Notes: generated from the letters alone by a model not told the origin. DNA of 64,000 nucleotides from Amoebophrya sp. A120 (GCA_905178155.1 CAJINV010000003.1:3608370-3672369), one strand, 5' to 3'. Shown: positions 25,829 to 38,940, counted from the stretch's first letter. Program-made: numbers and translations.

Positions 25829-27080
25829 GGTCGTCCCGCCGAATGTTTATTGAATCGTTGAGACCGCGGGGGCCACTACAAAAAAATGCGAATAAATCGA
25901 GTCACAGTCTAGACTTGCTCCGCCTTTGATATCGACGACACTATCTTCCGATGAAAACAGCAGCACACCATTTCTGGGCGGGTAGGTAGTGTCCAGGAAA
26001 AACGTAGTAGAGGCGCAGAAGGTAGGTGCTACTGAGTAGATAGGTGCTAAAAACAAACTGAGACATATCAGAACTGATAAAGATGGATCTCCTTTCTATT
26101 GCTCTTTCAGGTTGGGAAAAAAAAGATCAGGTTCGGGAAGCTGTAAGGTGTGCCTGAAAAGTTCGACAAACCCGTGATCAATACAGTCCCATTGAAAAAT
26201 AGAGACAAAGGGATGCGACACAACCAGCTGTGAACCTGCTATGTCAGATTGCACGTCGTGGTACTATTCCACTCTCTGTAACAAGTCTTGCGTTTCGAAA
26301 AGTAAGTCGCGGATCCTGTCAGGCAAGTGCATGAAATCAACATCTTGAAGCGCGTCCCATGGTCGTTGATCCACTGTGATCGAAACTTGCCACGCGCCTA
26401 CCGACTACCACACTACCTCAACAGATGCTCGCGCGCAAAATATGTAACGGCGTACTTGATGACAGCAGAAAGAGAACACACCAAAACTCTTGATCATACT
26501 AACAAGGCTCACTGGACAAAAAAACGCTGCCGTGCTCAAGTGATAGTATCCTTCCATATGATATGATTCGACGGACTCGCTTCGTATCGCAAAACCCAGT
26601 CGCAGCAGTATTCTCGTCCAGATAATTTGTGATTATTGTCATTCTGTGTACGTCGACAGCAACTGCTAGCGACCCCGCACGTGACGGAAATGATCGTGAT
26701 ATAAAAGGAGTCCAAGCAAAAGCAAATGCTTCGCGGCAAAGTGCATTTTCATGATGTTGATTCTGTACAAGTACATTATGCTTGCATAACCTAATATCAT
26801 CAATACACTACTTTTATCAGGCACCAGTATTTTTGCACTACAGCTACCTTGTGTGTCGCTATATTTGATCAAACAGTAAAATATTCAGCTAAGGGTAGCT
26901 GCCCAGAAACGAATTGTATGTACCGGAAACAAGTTGTTGCGAACAAGCAGCACCGACAGGAACGTCGGCAGAAAAAAAAGTAAGTAGCCCTTCGCCCTAA
27001 GCCAGCGCCCAAGAAGTTCTCCGCGACCCTGGACACAGCACAACAACGGTGGATAGGTAACATGGCCGCGCGGCGGAAAC

Positions 27081-30000
27081 TCACTCGTCTACATTCGGGA
27101 GATCACCCGCCTGCAGCTGCGCTTCCTTCCACGATTCGTGCTTGTCTCCTTTTTTGTCCTTCTTGTCCTTTTTGTCTTTTTTATCCTTTTTGTCCTTCTT
27201 GTCTTTTTTCTCCTTTTTATCTTTCTTCTCTTTCTTGTCCTTTTTCTCCTTCTTATCGTCTTTCTTTTCATCGCCTCCCTCTGCCTTCTGCTCCTGTGCT
27301 TGTTCCCCTGCGACTTTCTTCTCCGCTGGGGGAGCGGCGATTGCAGATTCTCCGCTTGCAGGAGGCTGCTCGGGCTTCGGTGCATGTCCAACAGGACTGC
27401 TCTCCACCGCAGGCGCAACTTTTTCGTCTGGTGCCGCTGCGGGTTCAACTTTTTTATCGTCAGGTAAAGCTTTTTCGTCGGGTTTTGCCGCGGACACGAC
27501 TTCCTCCTTGTTGGATGCCGCGGCCGAGGCGAGATTCAGTGGTGCGGCAAGGGAACTCGCGGGTGCGGCAGCGGGCTTGGCCACCGGACTCGGGTTCACG
27601 ACTGGCCGCGGAGCGATCGACGCAGCAGCGGGCGGATCGGGTTTGGGTCTCCTTTTTTCGGGTGTGGGGTACTTCAAAGGCTGCACGTTGCTGATGAACT
27701 CGACCGGAGGGCGATTCACCTGGGGCTTTTGTAACACGGGCGGTGCACGGGGTGGCGGCAAGTGCTTCGGCGGCGGCGGCAAAGCGTTCTTGGGATGTGG
27801 TCCTCCCGGCTGCACTGACGAGGAGAAGAGCGCGTCAGTGTCAATGTCCACCAGGTTTCCGCTCGCGTCAGGAAGCTGAAGCTTTAGCTTCACGGAGCCC
27901 TCGCCTGTCTGCTCGCCTGGTGCTTTAATATTCGCCTGCGCAACAGCAGAAGCCGCGCTGCTCGGATTCACCACACCAGAAGGGACGTTATTCGACACGA
28001 CAGAGCTGACGGCAGAAGCGGCTCCGGCTGGCAGCGCGTTGGCAGGCGGTTGCCACAGTAGATATTCGTGTCCGACGTAGTCCTCAGGGTCGCGAAACCA
28101 TGGCATGGTCAAGAAGGTGAACATTTCATACTCCTCCTTCGGGTGAGGATACTGCGCGGCGCCGGTGTCGAGGTTCCGAAAGTAGTAAACGCCCTGCGTG
28201 CGCGCCGTGGTCCTCTTGGATTCGACGAATTCCCAACGCGGCGGCAGGCGCAAATTTTGCTCCCATGTTCTCCCGGTTACTGGATGTTGTTGCTGCACTG
28301 TGCCCTCAGGGTCCTTGAAGTAGTACTTTCCGCACACTTTCGTGGACTTCACTTTCATCCACCTGAATTGATTAAAGTAGTACGAGGAAAAGCGGATGAG
28401 AGTGTGTGAAAAGCAGGTAAGAGCGCATACCCTATGGCGCCACGGAAATCAGAGGAGGCTTAAGCTCAAACAACTACATCCTTGCATGTCTAATTCAATA
28501 GGAATGCGTGCTCCTGTGGCCACAGGCGGGGAACTCTGACACCGGATACATCATCTGAATCATAAACGCAAACCCTTAATGAATGCATACCCTGCTGGAA
28601 GGTTTGGTGGCTGGTCGATATCGAATCTCGGCGGCCTCTTCCGTCTTGTTTCGTTGACGTTTACATTGTGCTGAAAATAAAACACACCGGGCCGGCTTGT
28701 GGATTCTTTTCTGGTGAAAAATTCGTGGCACTCGTTCGGTATTGGCCATCCCCAATGCTCTGAGAAGTGGTCCGGCACCCGAATGCCAAATGTATCGTGC
28801 TGCGGATCCTGTGTAATTCAAGCGTAGGAAACATATTTTTCACATCTTAGCAGAACCTCGGTCATGGTCTGAAAATCCTGCGCAGTGAATTACTGCAGCA
28901 ACAGCAAGAAGAGCAGAAGAAAGACATAGTACACAAGACCATTTAAAATTACCCGAACAGTTGCCCCTGCCCCCTGGTTCGGTTGCCGTTCTCGCACAAG
29001 GGCCTCTATTGCGTGTTCCAAATTTGGCCCCTTCGGTTTTGCATTCCAGTCCCAATGTTATGAAACGAAAAAAACACCTATTACAAACACCCCGCAATTC
29101 AAGACCTCTTTGGTGTATGCTATCTACAACTAGAGGCTTTCAAAGACCCTTCATGGATACGGATCATAGTGATGGCACAGCGACAAGGACAAGATCATCA
29201 TCATCAGATAAACAAAATCTCTGACGAGGTAGGCCCTACCTTCTGATCGCTGCTGAAGTGATCGGCTAGCATCCCGGATCTTGTGAGGGGCTAGCTTTAG
29301 GGCTGCACGTAATACGGTTCTGTTCGTATAATGCCCAAAGAACTTACATAGAAACTCTGTTACAACTACATGCGGGCCCCCGCCAGTTTCTACTAGTACA
29401 CTATGTTTGTTTTTTGACTACACTCGCTGCGCGAAGGACAAGCGTTGTTTCGTTTCATATCGTCGCCGGCAAGGTCTTCAGTTTCTTCTCGGCAATGGGC
29501 AGCAGGTCGGCCAGCGGTATCCCCAAAACTTTTGCAGCAGAGTCCTGTGTTGAGGCTCCGGCTCCGGTTTCCCGCTTCTCCCCCCAGCTTCCGTCTGCAT
29601 CCGCATTATTCGCAGCTTTTTTGCTTCCGTTTTCGTCTCCCGCACTTCCGTTGTTACCGGGGAACAGGGTAGCGCCTTCGTCGTTCCAAAAATCGGCGTA
29701 CATGTCATCGATCGCCGCCTGGTCCGGCGTCGCGCCCTCCTGGCTTCGCCTTGCTCCGTCAGAGTTCCTCCTATGACGATCGCCGTTTGTGGCTGGTGCT
29801 TCTTTCGTCTTGTGGTCCGGATCCTTCACCCACTTGTCGGTCTTACTGTCTTTGTAATACCAGACGTCTTCGTCCTTCTTCCTGCGCCACCACGTCCTCT
29901 CCTTCTTGTCGTGGAACCAATAATCGCCGGTCTTCTTCTCCTTCTTCAGCCAATTACCCTCTACTTTCTCGTACTCGTACCACTTCTCACCGACGTCCTT

Positions 30001-32082
30001 GTCCCGCGTGCCAGCGGCGCTGTCCCAATCTTTCGTGTCGGCGTAGCTGCTCCCCCCCGTCCGGCCGCTTCCGTTATTCCATGATGATGACGACGATGCA
30101 GCGTTCCTGTTCTTGTCGCGCCCGTCGTGGTCGCCAGCGTCCCTGCTGCTGCGGTTGTTCCATGCCGAGTTGATCCCCGATTTGTTGACCCACACGACGG
30201 GCTCTGCACTCTTCTTTTTCGCGTCGACTGTCGACGGCAGATTCCACCCGTCGGCCCAAGTCGGGTCGTGAACATACCGCGGGCGCTTGGCCGACCCGGT
30301 TGCCTTACCCCTCGTGTCGTCCTCGTCGACGGCCGCGAAGGAGCCTCCTGCGTCCACCTCCCACGAGTCGTCGTTATACCGGGAAGCGTCCCCTCGCGAC
30401 GAGTTGTTCCAACTTGCGTTGTCCTCGTCGTGCCTGCGGCGCTTTGCAGGCCGCTCGTCCTCTCTTTCGTCTCCTGAGCCCGATCGGCGCTTCGCGCGGG
30501 CTTCTCCTTCCCTGTCGTTTCGCTTCTTCACATTGCTATCGTACCAAGCCGTGAACCACGAGATCGAGTCGTAGTTCATACAACTTGTGACGAATTCACA
30601 GATCCATTTTTTCCGCGTGTGTCTTTCCTTCTCCGCAAATTCAGCCTCGGTAATCATCGCTTCAAAAGGATCAAAAAACCTTGTCGGGCGTCCATCCTTT
30701 CTATCAGACACCCACTTACCGGTTTTCGGGTCCCTTTGCTGCCAGTGCTTGCGTAGTACTTTCTTCCCGGTCTTTGGATCCGTCCTCTCTTCGGTACACA
30801 CTTCCCAACCTTCCCTCAGACGCAGTTTTTCTCGAGCACGCCGCGCGTCCGTCAGGCCATTTATATTCGGGTGGTTTGCGGCATCCAAAGGATTGTGGAT
30901 GTGATGGAACGCCTTCATCCACGGTTGTACTTTCAGTAGTTTAGCCGTCATCGCGGCGGGATTCTTTTCCTTCTTCGCGGCTTGCAACCTCTCGTATTCG
31001 TCGTCCGGATTGAAAAAATACCAAGTGGTTTTTTTTGCGTTATCACACAATAAACAGACTACGCCGTGCCCAAAAATGAAAATGAATGCACAGCCATCAG
31101 TTGCTGTGGTCTCTTTTTCTATTGCTAGAAGCAAGAAGTTGCCATTCCCATTTTCAGAACTATTTATACAAATGGAATCTCGTCCGGAGACAATTCCGCG
31201 CGCCCCGTCACAAGGAAGTGCAGTCAGTGAAAAAAAAGAAAACGCAAGAAGACGCCATAGCAAACTTGATAAATCAGATACGAGTCGAAGGTCCATGCGC
31301 CACTTCTCAGCGGAAAGTCCAAATCATGCTGAAAAACGTTGAGAGTGTTTTTGCATCTCTAAGAGGACGAGGCAGTCTGTTTTTTCTTCTGTTATGAATC
31401 CATAAAGTGGGTATTTTCGCTTTTCACCAAATACCAGCCCTCCGGCACCCCCACCTCATGAAAGTATGTCTTCTCTCCTGCCGAATTCGTTGCTGGGATC
31501 ACTCCTGCTTTCGTAACTTCCGGAAATTCCAGCGGAAGCCTGATAGAGACCGTGATTTGTAAAGTCTGATATCGATGACGATGTCGTGGTCGCGTGATTT
31601 GTAAAAGTCTTCCCGTTCTTTGTGAGCGACTTCTCCTACCATCAAAGATACTTATCCCAATGAGAATTGAAACTAAAGACAAAAAAAACTTCAATCCAAG
31701 TTGCCGTCTAAGGTACTTCATACCATGTCCCCATTGGCAAAACGAGTTTTTCATCGATGTCAGGCGCGCTGCTGGGGTAGGGGTGGAATTCGGGTCCCTT
31801 GTCGTCAGAGAACGGGGTTGCGAGACTTTCACTTTCCGGGGGCCACTTCGCTTGCTTCATGTCATGCAGCCTATCCTTCTCCCTAGCGGTCTTGTGCTTT
31901 TCCCGGTGCCACGCTAGATATACTTCCTTGAACTTTTCTCGTATTCTTGCGGGGTCGCGCTGTCCACGCGTGACCTCTTCAATCACGTGCGCCGCCTTCC
32001 AGCGTTTCTGCGTGCGATCTACCATCATCGTATGGTCTTTTTTGGAGATCACGTATCGAGTGCAAAAACGTCCCGTACCCAC
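27081..32082 (-). CDS. Multi-exon protein with several WW-like domains and a C-terminal KKD/E tail (may be the 3' half of the RluA gene)
   Basis: WW-like units: LPAGWMKVKS..GKYYF (formed across intron 28363-28590), LPPRWEFVES...GVYYFRN..TGAAQYPHP, RKESTSRPGVFYF and VPEGWYLVKS...WYFFNP. Canonical intron 31540-31723 plus two non-canonical junctions. The 5' end is unresolved. Confidence 0.65.
27149..27269 (-). repeat. Coding 9-bp tandem repeat encoding (KKD/E)n
   Basis: Translates as EKKDDKKEKKDKKEKKDKKEKKDKKDKKDKKDKKDKKDKK. Confidence 0.9.
29059..29459. mobile_element. Introner-like element with 12-bp perfect terminal inverted repeats
   Basis: TATGAAACGAAA at 29059-29070 and its exact reverse complement TTTCGTTTCATA at 29448-29459. 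The repeats sit where the 613-aa ORF stops and coding-like sequence resumes. Confidence 0.7.
31041..31404. mobile_element. Degenerate introner-like non-canonical intron
   Basis: TAT...ATA ends with a 9-bp subterminal IR (AAACAGACT 31052-31060 / AGTCTGTTT 31374-31382). Removing 31039-31406 restores the WW-like motif GWYLVKSENTHAKKTTWYFFNP. Confidence 0.5.
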
Positions 32083-32354
32083 CGTATATCCAGTCCATTC
32101 AGGAACGAATGCTTTTCTGGCGCAACTTTAAGACCTATCTTGAAGCCGAATACATACTTCGTGACATTTCCACTTTCAAGCGTTTTCGTTGTAGTTCTGC
32201 ACAGAATATATAGATACGTACTGCCGATTCTCAACAAGGCGCAACCGCTTAGAACTTGTCATTCCAGTTGTATATCAGACTTTTATTCGCCCGCATATGC
32301 ACAAGCGGAACAAAGAAGCACACATTCCGAGCCGACACAGGCAATAGATGCCCA

Positions 32355-35300
32355 TCATTTTCGGGCAGATGCAAAACCAGGCTGGAGGTGAGGTGGTACG
32401 CCGACTGGTACATGTAATAGATTACCCCAGTTACTCATCGCCCGTTGAGCCTCCGACGTCCAGATCACTTCCTTTTTTCCGCCCGGGATTTTTGCTGGGT
32501 TTATCTTCACGCTCATCGGACAGAAGGCGTGCCAAAGCGAAACGAACTGCTCCAACTCCTTCTTGCTTAAGTGGTATAATAAGGATATAACCCGCTCAAG
32601 TTTTCCAATCTCAAGCACTACAATAGAGTCTGCATTTTGTGTTGCATATAACAGACTGTGCCGCTACACCATAAGTATGGATCCGAAGCCCAGCCGTACG
32701 AAAAAAAAACCAGGGACATCACCTACAGTGGATTTTGTGTTGCATGATCAGCATGAGGGACAGCAGAATGTTCCTGGTCCACTTTTTGCAATATATATTT
32801 AGCCGGATTCTAGTGCGATTTGGTGCTCCCGCGGTTGTCATGCGTATTGCTGTGAGAAAAGTAAGTACTGCACCGTGCAGCTTTTGCATCACAGTCACAA
32901 ATCTTCACTTCTATTCCCGCAACATTTGAGATTGTAACACCTGGGCGGGCCTTAAAGGAGTCCTCCGTCTTCTTGTTAATTCCAAATTCAAACAGCCACT
33001 TTCGCACATACACGGACAGCTTCTCGCCTTGGCCCATCAATTTTGCCAGTGCGGAGGTTTTTCCCCCATCTACCGCGCCGCTAAAAATCTTGTGCTCCAT
33101 CAGCAACATGTCGCTCTGTATATTTTGTTAATATTTGTTCAGTGTCACCCTGATGACCAATCAGAATTAGGTGGTTATATCGTTTGCTATCGTCGCCCAT
33201 ATCGTTCAGTCACTCAGAGGAACGATAACTCTGCTTCTACCGAAGCTGGTAAGTGCGTAATTATCTGCTGCTGTAGCAACAACTCCGCGCCATACCGACT
33301 TGCAAACGCAAATTAGCTAGTAAATACATCCTCAGGAAAAAAAATTCTACAGGGGTCTTCTGCTTTTCGTCACGTACAGTATAAATATGTTCGTCACGTA
33401 CCAGTTGCCTGTCCACTTTCAGCTTTCCCAGAACATCCCCGAGTACTCGGGGAAGTGGCGTCTTTCGGCATTCCACAGCGACGCCACCGCTTTTATCCAG
33501 ATGAAAAGAGGAGGATGGGCGACAGTCTTTGACGTGCTCGCTGCGATGTTTGCCATCGGAGACATCAGTCCATACATAGTGATATTCACTTGTGACACAG
33601 GATTCTCATCCCGTTCCCGGCTGCACACTGATACCACAAATTGTAAAGCCTTATGGTGTAGCAGGGTTCAGCTGGGGCTCATGAATAGGCAAACACGTCG
33701 ACGTCACAGATAGCGTCTTTCAGCCGTCAGGATCAGGTAGAAAGAAATTCTCCTGAAATCTCCCAGCGGCAGCTCACTCCGAAGAGGTGCCATGCTCATG
33801 CACAGGGGTCGATATGTACAGCATGATGTACCTACACTTGTAAAAGAAACTAATAAATAAGTAACAATTTTTGTCATTTGGGCAACATGCTTTTACAGGC
33901 TCTGACACGCGTATGGCAAAAACGGCATTATCGTTGCACAATACAAACGCGACAGCAAGCACAGTTCCTCTGCCTTCACTCCCAAGAGCAGGAGTGTTTC
34001 CTTTTCATAACTCTCTGGTGTGAGAAATCCGAGTACACCGGTGTCAAGTATGCACGGAAAAGCGCCCCCGGCCAATCGATCTCTATTCGTGTACCTAAAC
34101 ACATCGACATTCCTGCAAAACAAATGATGATAATAATGATGATGAATGAGAGTAGTTTTGGGGTTCTAGTCAAGCTTAACCCCTTCATGCATTCATGCAA
34201 AACAAAGCGCGCTCACAGCAAAGCTGCTTGAGTCCCTCATCGTTTTCGTCGTAAATGCATGCTCCAGCGACTTCTTGCATTTCTCTTTTCTCGTTCCGAT
34301 GTTCTCTTGCTGCAAAGTTGTGTAAATCACTGAAGGAGCCCCTCGAGAGAACGGTATTAAACGCCACGATACGCATACACATACAACCAAGTCGGATGCA
34401 TACTGGCGGAGCACGCAGCCACTTATTTGCTTACGAAAGATCATGCGTCACTCGTAGCTAGGCCTTTCCGTGGTCTTTTTGAACTTGTCCAGTAATTCGA
34501 CAGCACGGGGCGTCGGCTATTCCCAGTTGATACGGAGGAAAACCCGTCTTTTCTCTGCGGTCATCAAAGCGTTGTCAACCTTCTCCAAAAGCCGCTCCCT
34601 AGCAGTTCGCGTCTGGTAGTTATATTGCGACATCCAGGCGTCTTTTCGCCATTTTGTCCATTCCTCTTTTAAGCGGTCGGTCCACTTGGGGTTCTTCACT
34701 TCTTCTGCATCGTCCACCTCTTTCTGGGCGGCCCGCGCGACTTGCAACCGGGATTCGTAATCCTTGTCCTGGTCGTCCATTTTGTAATGACCGTGACTAT
34801 AGCAAAAATCTCCAACTAGCCCTCCGAGCGTCTGCGAGGTACGCTTTGCCAGCACCTCGAGTAGGTATTTCATGTGGACGCGAATCTGATGTGTCCGACC
34901 GGTGTGCAACTTGATGCGCAAACGGGTCATGGGAAAATCTTCGTTCTGAAAATTGAACTTGTAATACTCCACAACTTCGTACCTGATCGAGACGACATAT
35001 GAAAAAGAATTTTTCTTGTAGGAGATTTGCCTCCGTGCTGCTGTAGCTGTTGTCCAGGGTATATTCGTATCACAAACGAAGTTGAGCCAACAAGAGCAGC
35101 TGTGCCAATTGGAATGCAAATCTAATCGAGAACAATGCTTCCCCGCGGTTACCATCTGTCGGCTTCACCGTGTTTTGAAACGCGCAGCACAAGCAGGTGC
35201 GGGTCGAAGCGGAACAAGAATACAAAACGTAGCATTCCATAGATACAGGTAGAAAACGAAGACAGAAAAAACAGTGTAAACGTACGTCAGTTGGGATGAA

Positions 35301-38300
35301 TAGTTCGTTTCGCAGCATTGCCACCCGTACAGTTTCTTTTCCCAGGGTTCAACTTCCGCTGCCATGTCCTTCCCCTCCCTATCCGCCTTGTATATGCATC
35401 TCGGGAGTATTTGCGACTCCATCTCGAAGTCGTTGTACCTGCGCAAGAAATTGCGATCGGCGAAAGTTTTTGTTATTGATCGCGGACGCCGCACTGAAAC
35501 GGACCTAAGGACGATCTACCGGAAAGAATGTGTGGAGAACGCGCACCTCAAAGCCAGAAATAAGCCGACTGATAGTACCAGACAAATGCAAAAAAAGTCA
35601 ATCAAAGCTCTGCATTGAAACAACAAGCAGCAATGTAACTGAGTCTGAGCTAGCAAGAGTTTTCAGTAGTACCCGTATTGCTTTTTGATCTTGTCGTAAT
35701 TCTTTTTGCAACTGTCGCAGATCGTGACGTACATTCCGCCCCTGCTCGAGAAGTTATAGCTCTTCCCCGGTGGATGAAAGATGTTCTTCGTGGCTACTTT
35801 CTTATCCGTGAGCTTTCGCTTCTTTAGAGGGACTGCAACCTGTCCCCGCCACATGTTCGGCGGAACTGTCCCGTGTACGAGAGTTTCGTATTCTTTGTGC
35901 CACATATGCTGATTTTGTGTATCACGCAACATCTTATGGGCCTCGGCGGTGCAGGCGACAAGAATGCAACCACTGGTCTCCCTGTCCAGACGCTGCAGAA
36001 GCCCGAACTGACTGCCGGTTCTCACGGCGTCTAAAATGCTCTTGTCCACACGCTCGGCTGTTTCTGCGTCATCACAGGAACGAGAGTCGAAGATCTGAGA
36101 TTCATCACGGTTATTGGTGTTGAATTGTTCTTTTATAGCTCTGGTGCTGAAACCCATTGATGTTCGTGCTAATGCTATAAACCAAAACCCTCCCTCCTTG
36201 CAGCAGCAAGCAAAATAAACGATAGCTTCTCATGAATTTGAAGCTGCATACAACAGCAGCAGTATGTATCTACGGGCTCGCAATGGATTTACCACGACAA
36301 GAAAAGATACTTACTGGTGGGTACGCGGACAGAGAAGCAACACGGTAGTGATAAATCATCTCACTATGACGAGAGCCCGCGCGCCGAGCGACATGTTGCT
36401 GTTCACTTGCCGCTACGCTACCCTAAAAGAGTACTTCATCCTAATCTAGCCTGGAATTCGACACTATAGTAGAGCATAATCACAACAACAAGCTGCGACA
36501 ATTCTATTTTTTTCCACCAAGCATGAAACAGACTAAAATACCCCGTAATTGTGGCACAAGAAGGGGTATTTGCCCCCAAACTTCGCGACGAGCCAGGTTG
36601 CGAGGTTTTTGGTTTTGTCCTTTGGGTTTTTCGGCGGTTTTCGACATGCTTGCGTACTTTCGTTACTGCAGACCCAGTCACAAGGTTTGTAGATGACCAT
36701 GTACCCGTATGAGAACTCGTCAATGACTCGCGCGCACTCGAGCGGTTCGTTGTTCCGGTCTTTGATGTTTTCCCACTGTAGGGCAAAACCAACATCCGAG
36801 GGATTCAAGTAGCAACCCGCCTCCATCCGATCCGCTTCTTCTCTGAACGGAATGTTCTTGGGCTCGACGACATACTTCAGCATGGCCTTTCGATGAAACT
36901 CTGTGTGCAATCTTCTGTCAAAATTCTCTCTCTGCACAAGGGAATTGTGTCCGGTAAGAGGTTCATACGCCTTCCGTACTGCGGCTCGCACAGCATCCGG
37001 ATCCTGGTCGTACTGTACATATGTCCACTTTTTCTCCCATGCCGTCGCGCTGTACGGCTTCCCGTACTGCTTCCCCTCATCAAACTGCTCCAGCGGTGGG
37101 CCGTCATACTTTTTGATGGTGCCGTCCGGCAGCACCTCCCACATGCCTTCGTTGTCCCTGTAGTAAATCTTGTCATTTTCCGTCGCCCGGATTTCCCCCT
37201 CCTCGAGGTCCATTTGACTACCGGCCCACTTGGGAGCGGGAGCAGGGCGCTGCTCTTCTTCTTCGTCTTCGTCCCCGCCGTCGTCCGCGTCTTCCATGTC
37301 CACGTCCATCTCGTCCTCCTCATTTAAGAGAGGAGACACCGGACTCTCCTTCGCTTGCGACAGCGGCGCAACAACTCGGCTGCTGGCCTTGGAGAACGCG
37401 CTCTGAACAGGTCCCGTTTTCGTCCAGCCGGTGTGTCCGCACGTATGCAAGCAAAAAAAAAGATAAAGACTACGCCCCAGTCACAAAATCGTCCTCGTCA
37501 GTATCAATCTTTCCTGCGCCGGGTGGGAGCTGATGTTGAGCTGCACCTGCACTGAATAGAGCACAGAACGTAGTGAACTCTTTACATACAAGGTGAACGT
37601 TGATGAACTTCTTCTTGATGACTTGCTTCACCTCCCTCAACAAGTACGCAAAAATGCTTCAACATTGACGTTGAACTTGATGCAGAAAGGAGCGTCGCAA
37701 TTCCTCTTCCTGTTTCATACTTGTCAACCACTTCCTGTCTCCCCAGCGCGTCAAAAAGCGACATACCCGGCCGGGTGGTAGTTTTTTGGTTCGGCGCAGG
37801 CCGACTAGACGCACTGCCGTTAATGTCCGTTTTGTTCACATTGTTGTTTTGGTGGCTGTGCGTTGGACGAGCTTCGCCGTCCCCGTTTTTGCCTTTGCCC
37901 TTCTTTTTTCCTTTCAGCAAAAGTTGCTCGGCCCGGGTCAGATTCGCGGAACTACTCGAGGAGCCGCCTACTTGTTCCGAGGGAAATGCACCTGTATTAA
38001 AATAATTTTGAAAAAGTATCAATGAGCGATGATCATCAATCCCGCTTTTCCATCCTCGACCCTGGATGAGTCAGATGTGCTCACCACGTCGTCCTCATCA
38101 CGTCTGGTGTGGGTGTCCGAATGCAATATATAAAATTAAGCAGCATGCACGCATCGTGTATCTGCAGTAATTCGCTAAAAAATACAGCTACAGCCCCACT
38201 GATCTTCAATGAATGATGTTTACTTATGTGCAAGTTGTACCTATCTGAGGGCTTCCTACGGCAACCTTTGGCGATGACGACGGTCGCACGAGCGGAGAGC

Positions 38301-38940
38301 CTAATTTCGGTGTTCCAGGAGGAGATCTCTGATTCCCCAGCGTCAACGTGCCGGCAGTCATGCTGGAAAAAAATCGCTGCACCTCGTGTTGTAGCCAAAC
38401 AGCGTTTGCGCTAGAATCTCTGTTGCGCGGCTTCATACGTTTTTATCATGTCCGAATAAACATCTCCTTTGGCGAATGTAAGTAACTTTGATATTATCCC
38501 CCTATCTGACGACCTGCGCGATCTCTACTTCAGGTCGATGATTTTAAACCTCGCTAGTACCTCTTTCTCTTTCAGCGCAAAAGAATGAATGCAAACCCAA
38601 ACCGCAAAGCCGCCTATATCGAAACCGATTATCTTGTTCTCAAATAAAGGCATTCACTTCACTTGGTACAACAAAACTTTTTTTTCCTTTGCTTATCTGC
38701 AATGTCGACTCCAAAAGGCGTGACGTTCGCTGCACCTCCGAGCCCTTCCAGGAATCCGGGTGTGATCGCACACGATTCGTTGCCCACGTCCGGCACTTCC
38801 TGATCATCATCAAAGTCGCCCGGAAGGGAGAACGCCGTTGAGGTTCGTTGTCGCTTGGAGCCGTCGTCCCCCTGGTGGTCTTCTTCTCCTTGATCACCAC
38901 CTTCGATGTCGAAGGGGTCATCCCCGCCTCGTTTCGCCAT
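32355..38940 (-). CDS. RluA-family pseudouridine synthase, many exons and long insertions
   Basis: Motifs in order: MVIYKPCDW, LLQRLDRETSGCILVA (catalytic Asp), KEYETLVHG, T-YEVV (across intron 34983-35285), LHTGRTHQIRVH, LVGD..Y and C-terminal TPLPRVLGDVL. Several small exons and both gene ends are uncertain. Confidence 0.75.

Noticed and set aside
34450-34535. In-frame TAG followed by coding-like sequence (INWE*PTPRAVELLDKF...), and similarly at 6635, suggesting stop-codon reassignment as reported for one Amoebophrya isolate
   Set aside because: Both TAGs fall inside plausible GT-AG introns (donor C|GTATCA; intron 6595-6735). Thousands of codons in conserved genes contain no internal stops, and TAG ends MCC and EME1 where homologues end.
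37440-37465. TATGCAAGCAAAAAAAA resembling an introner terminal repeat
   Set aside because: I found no matching inverted partner, and a canonical GT-AG intron explains the junction.
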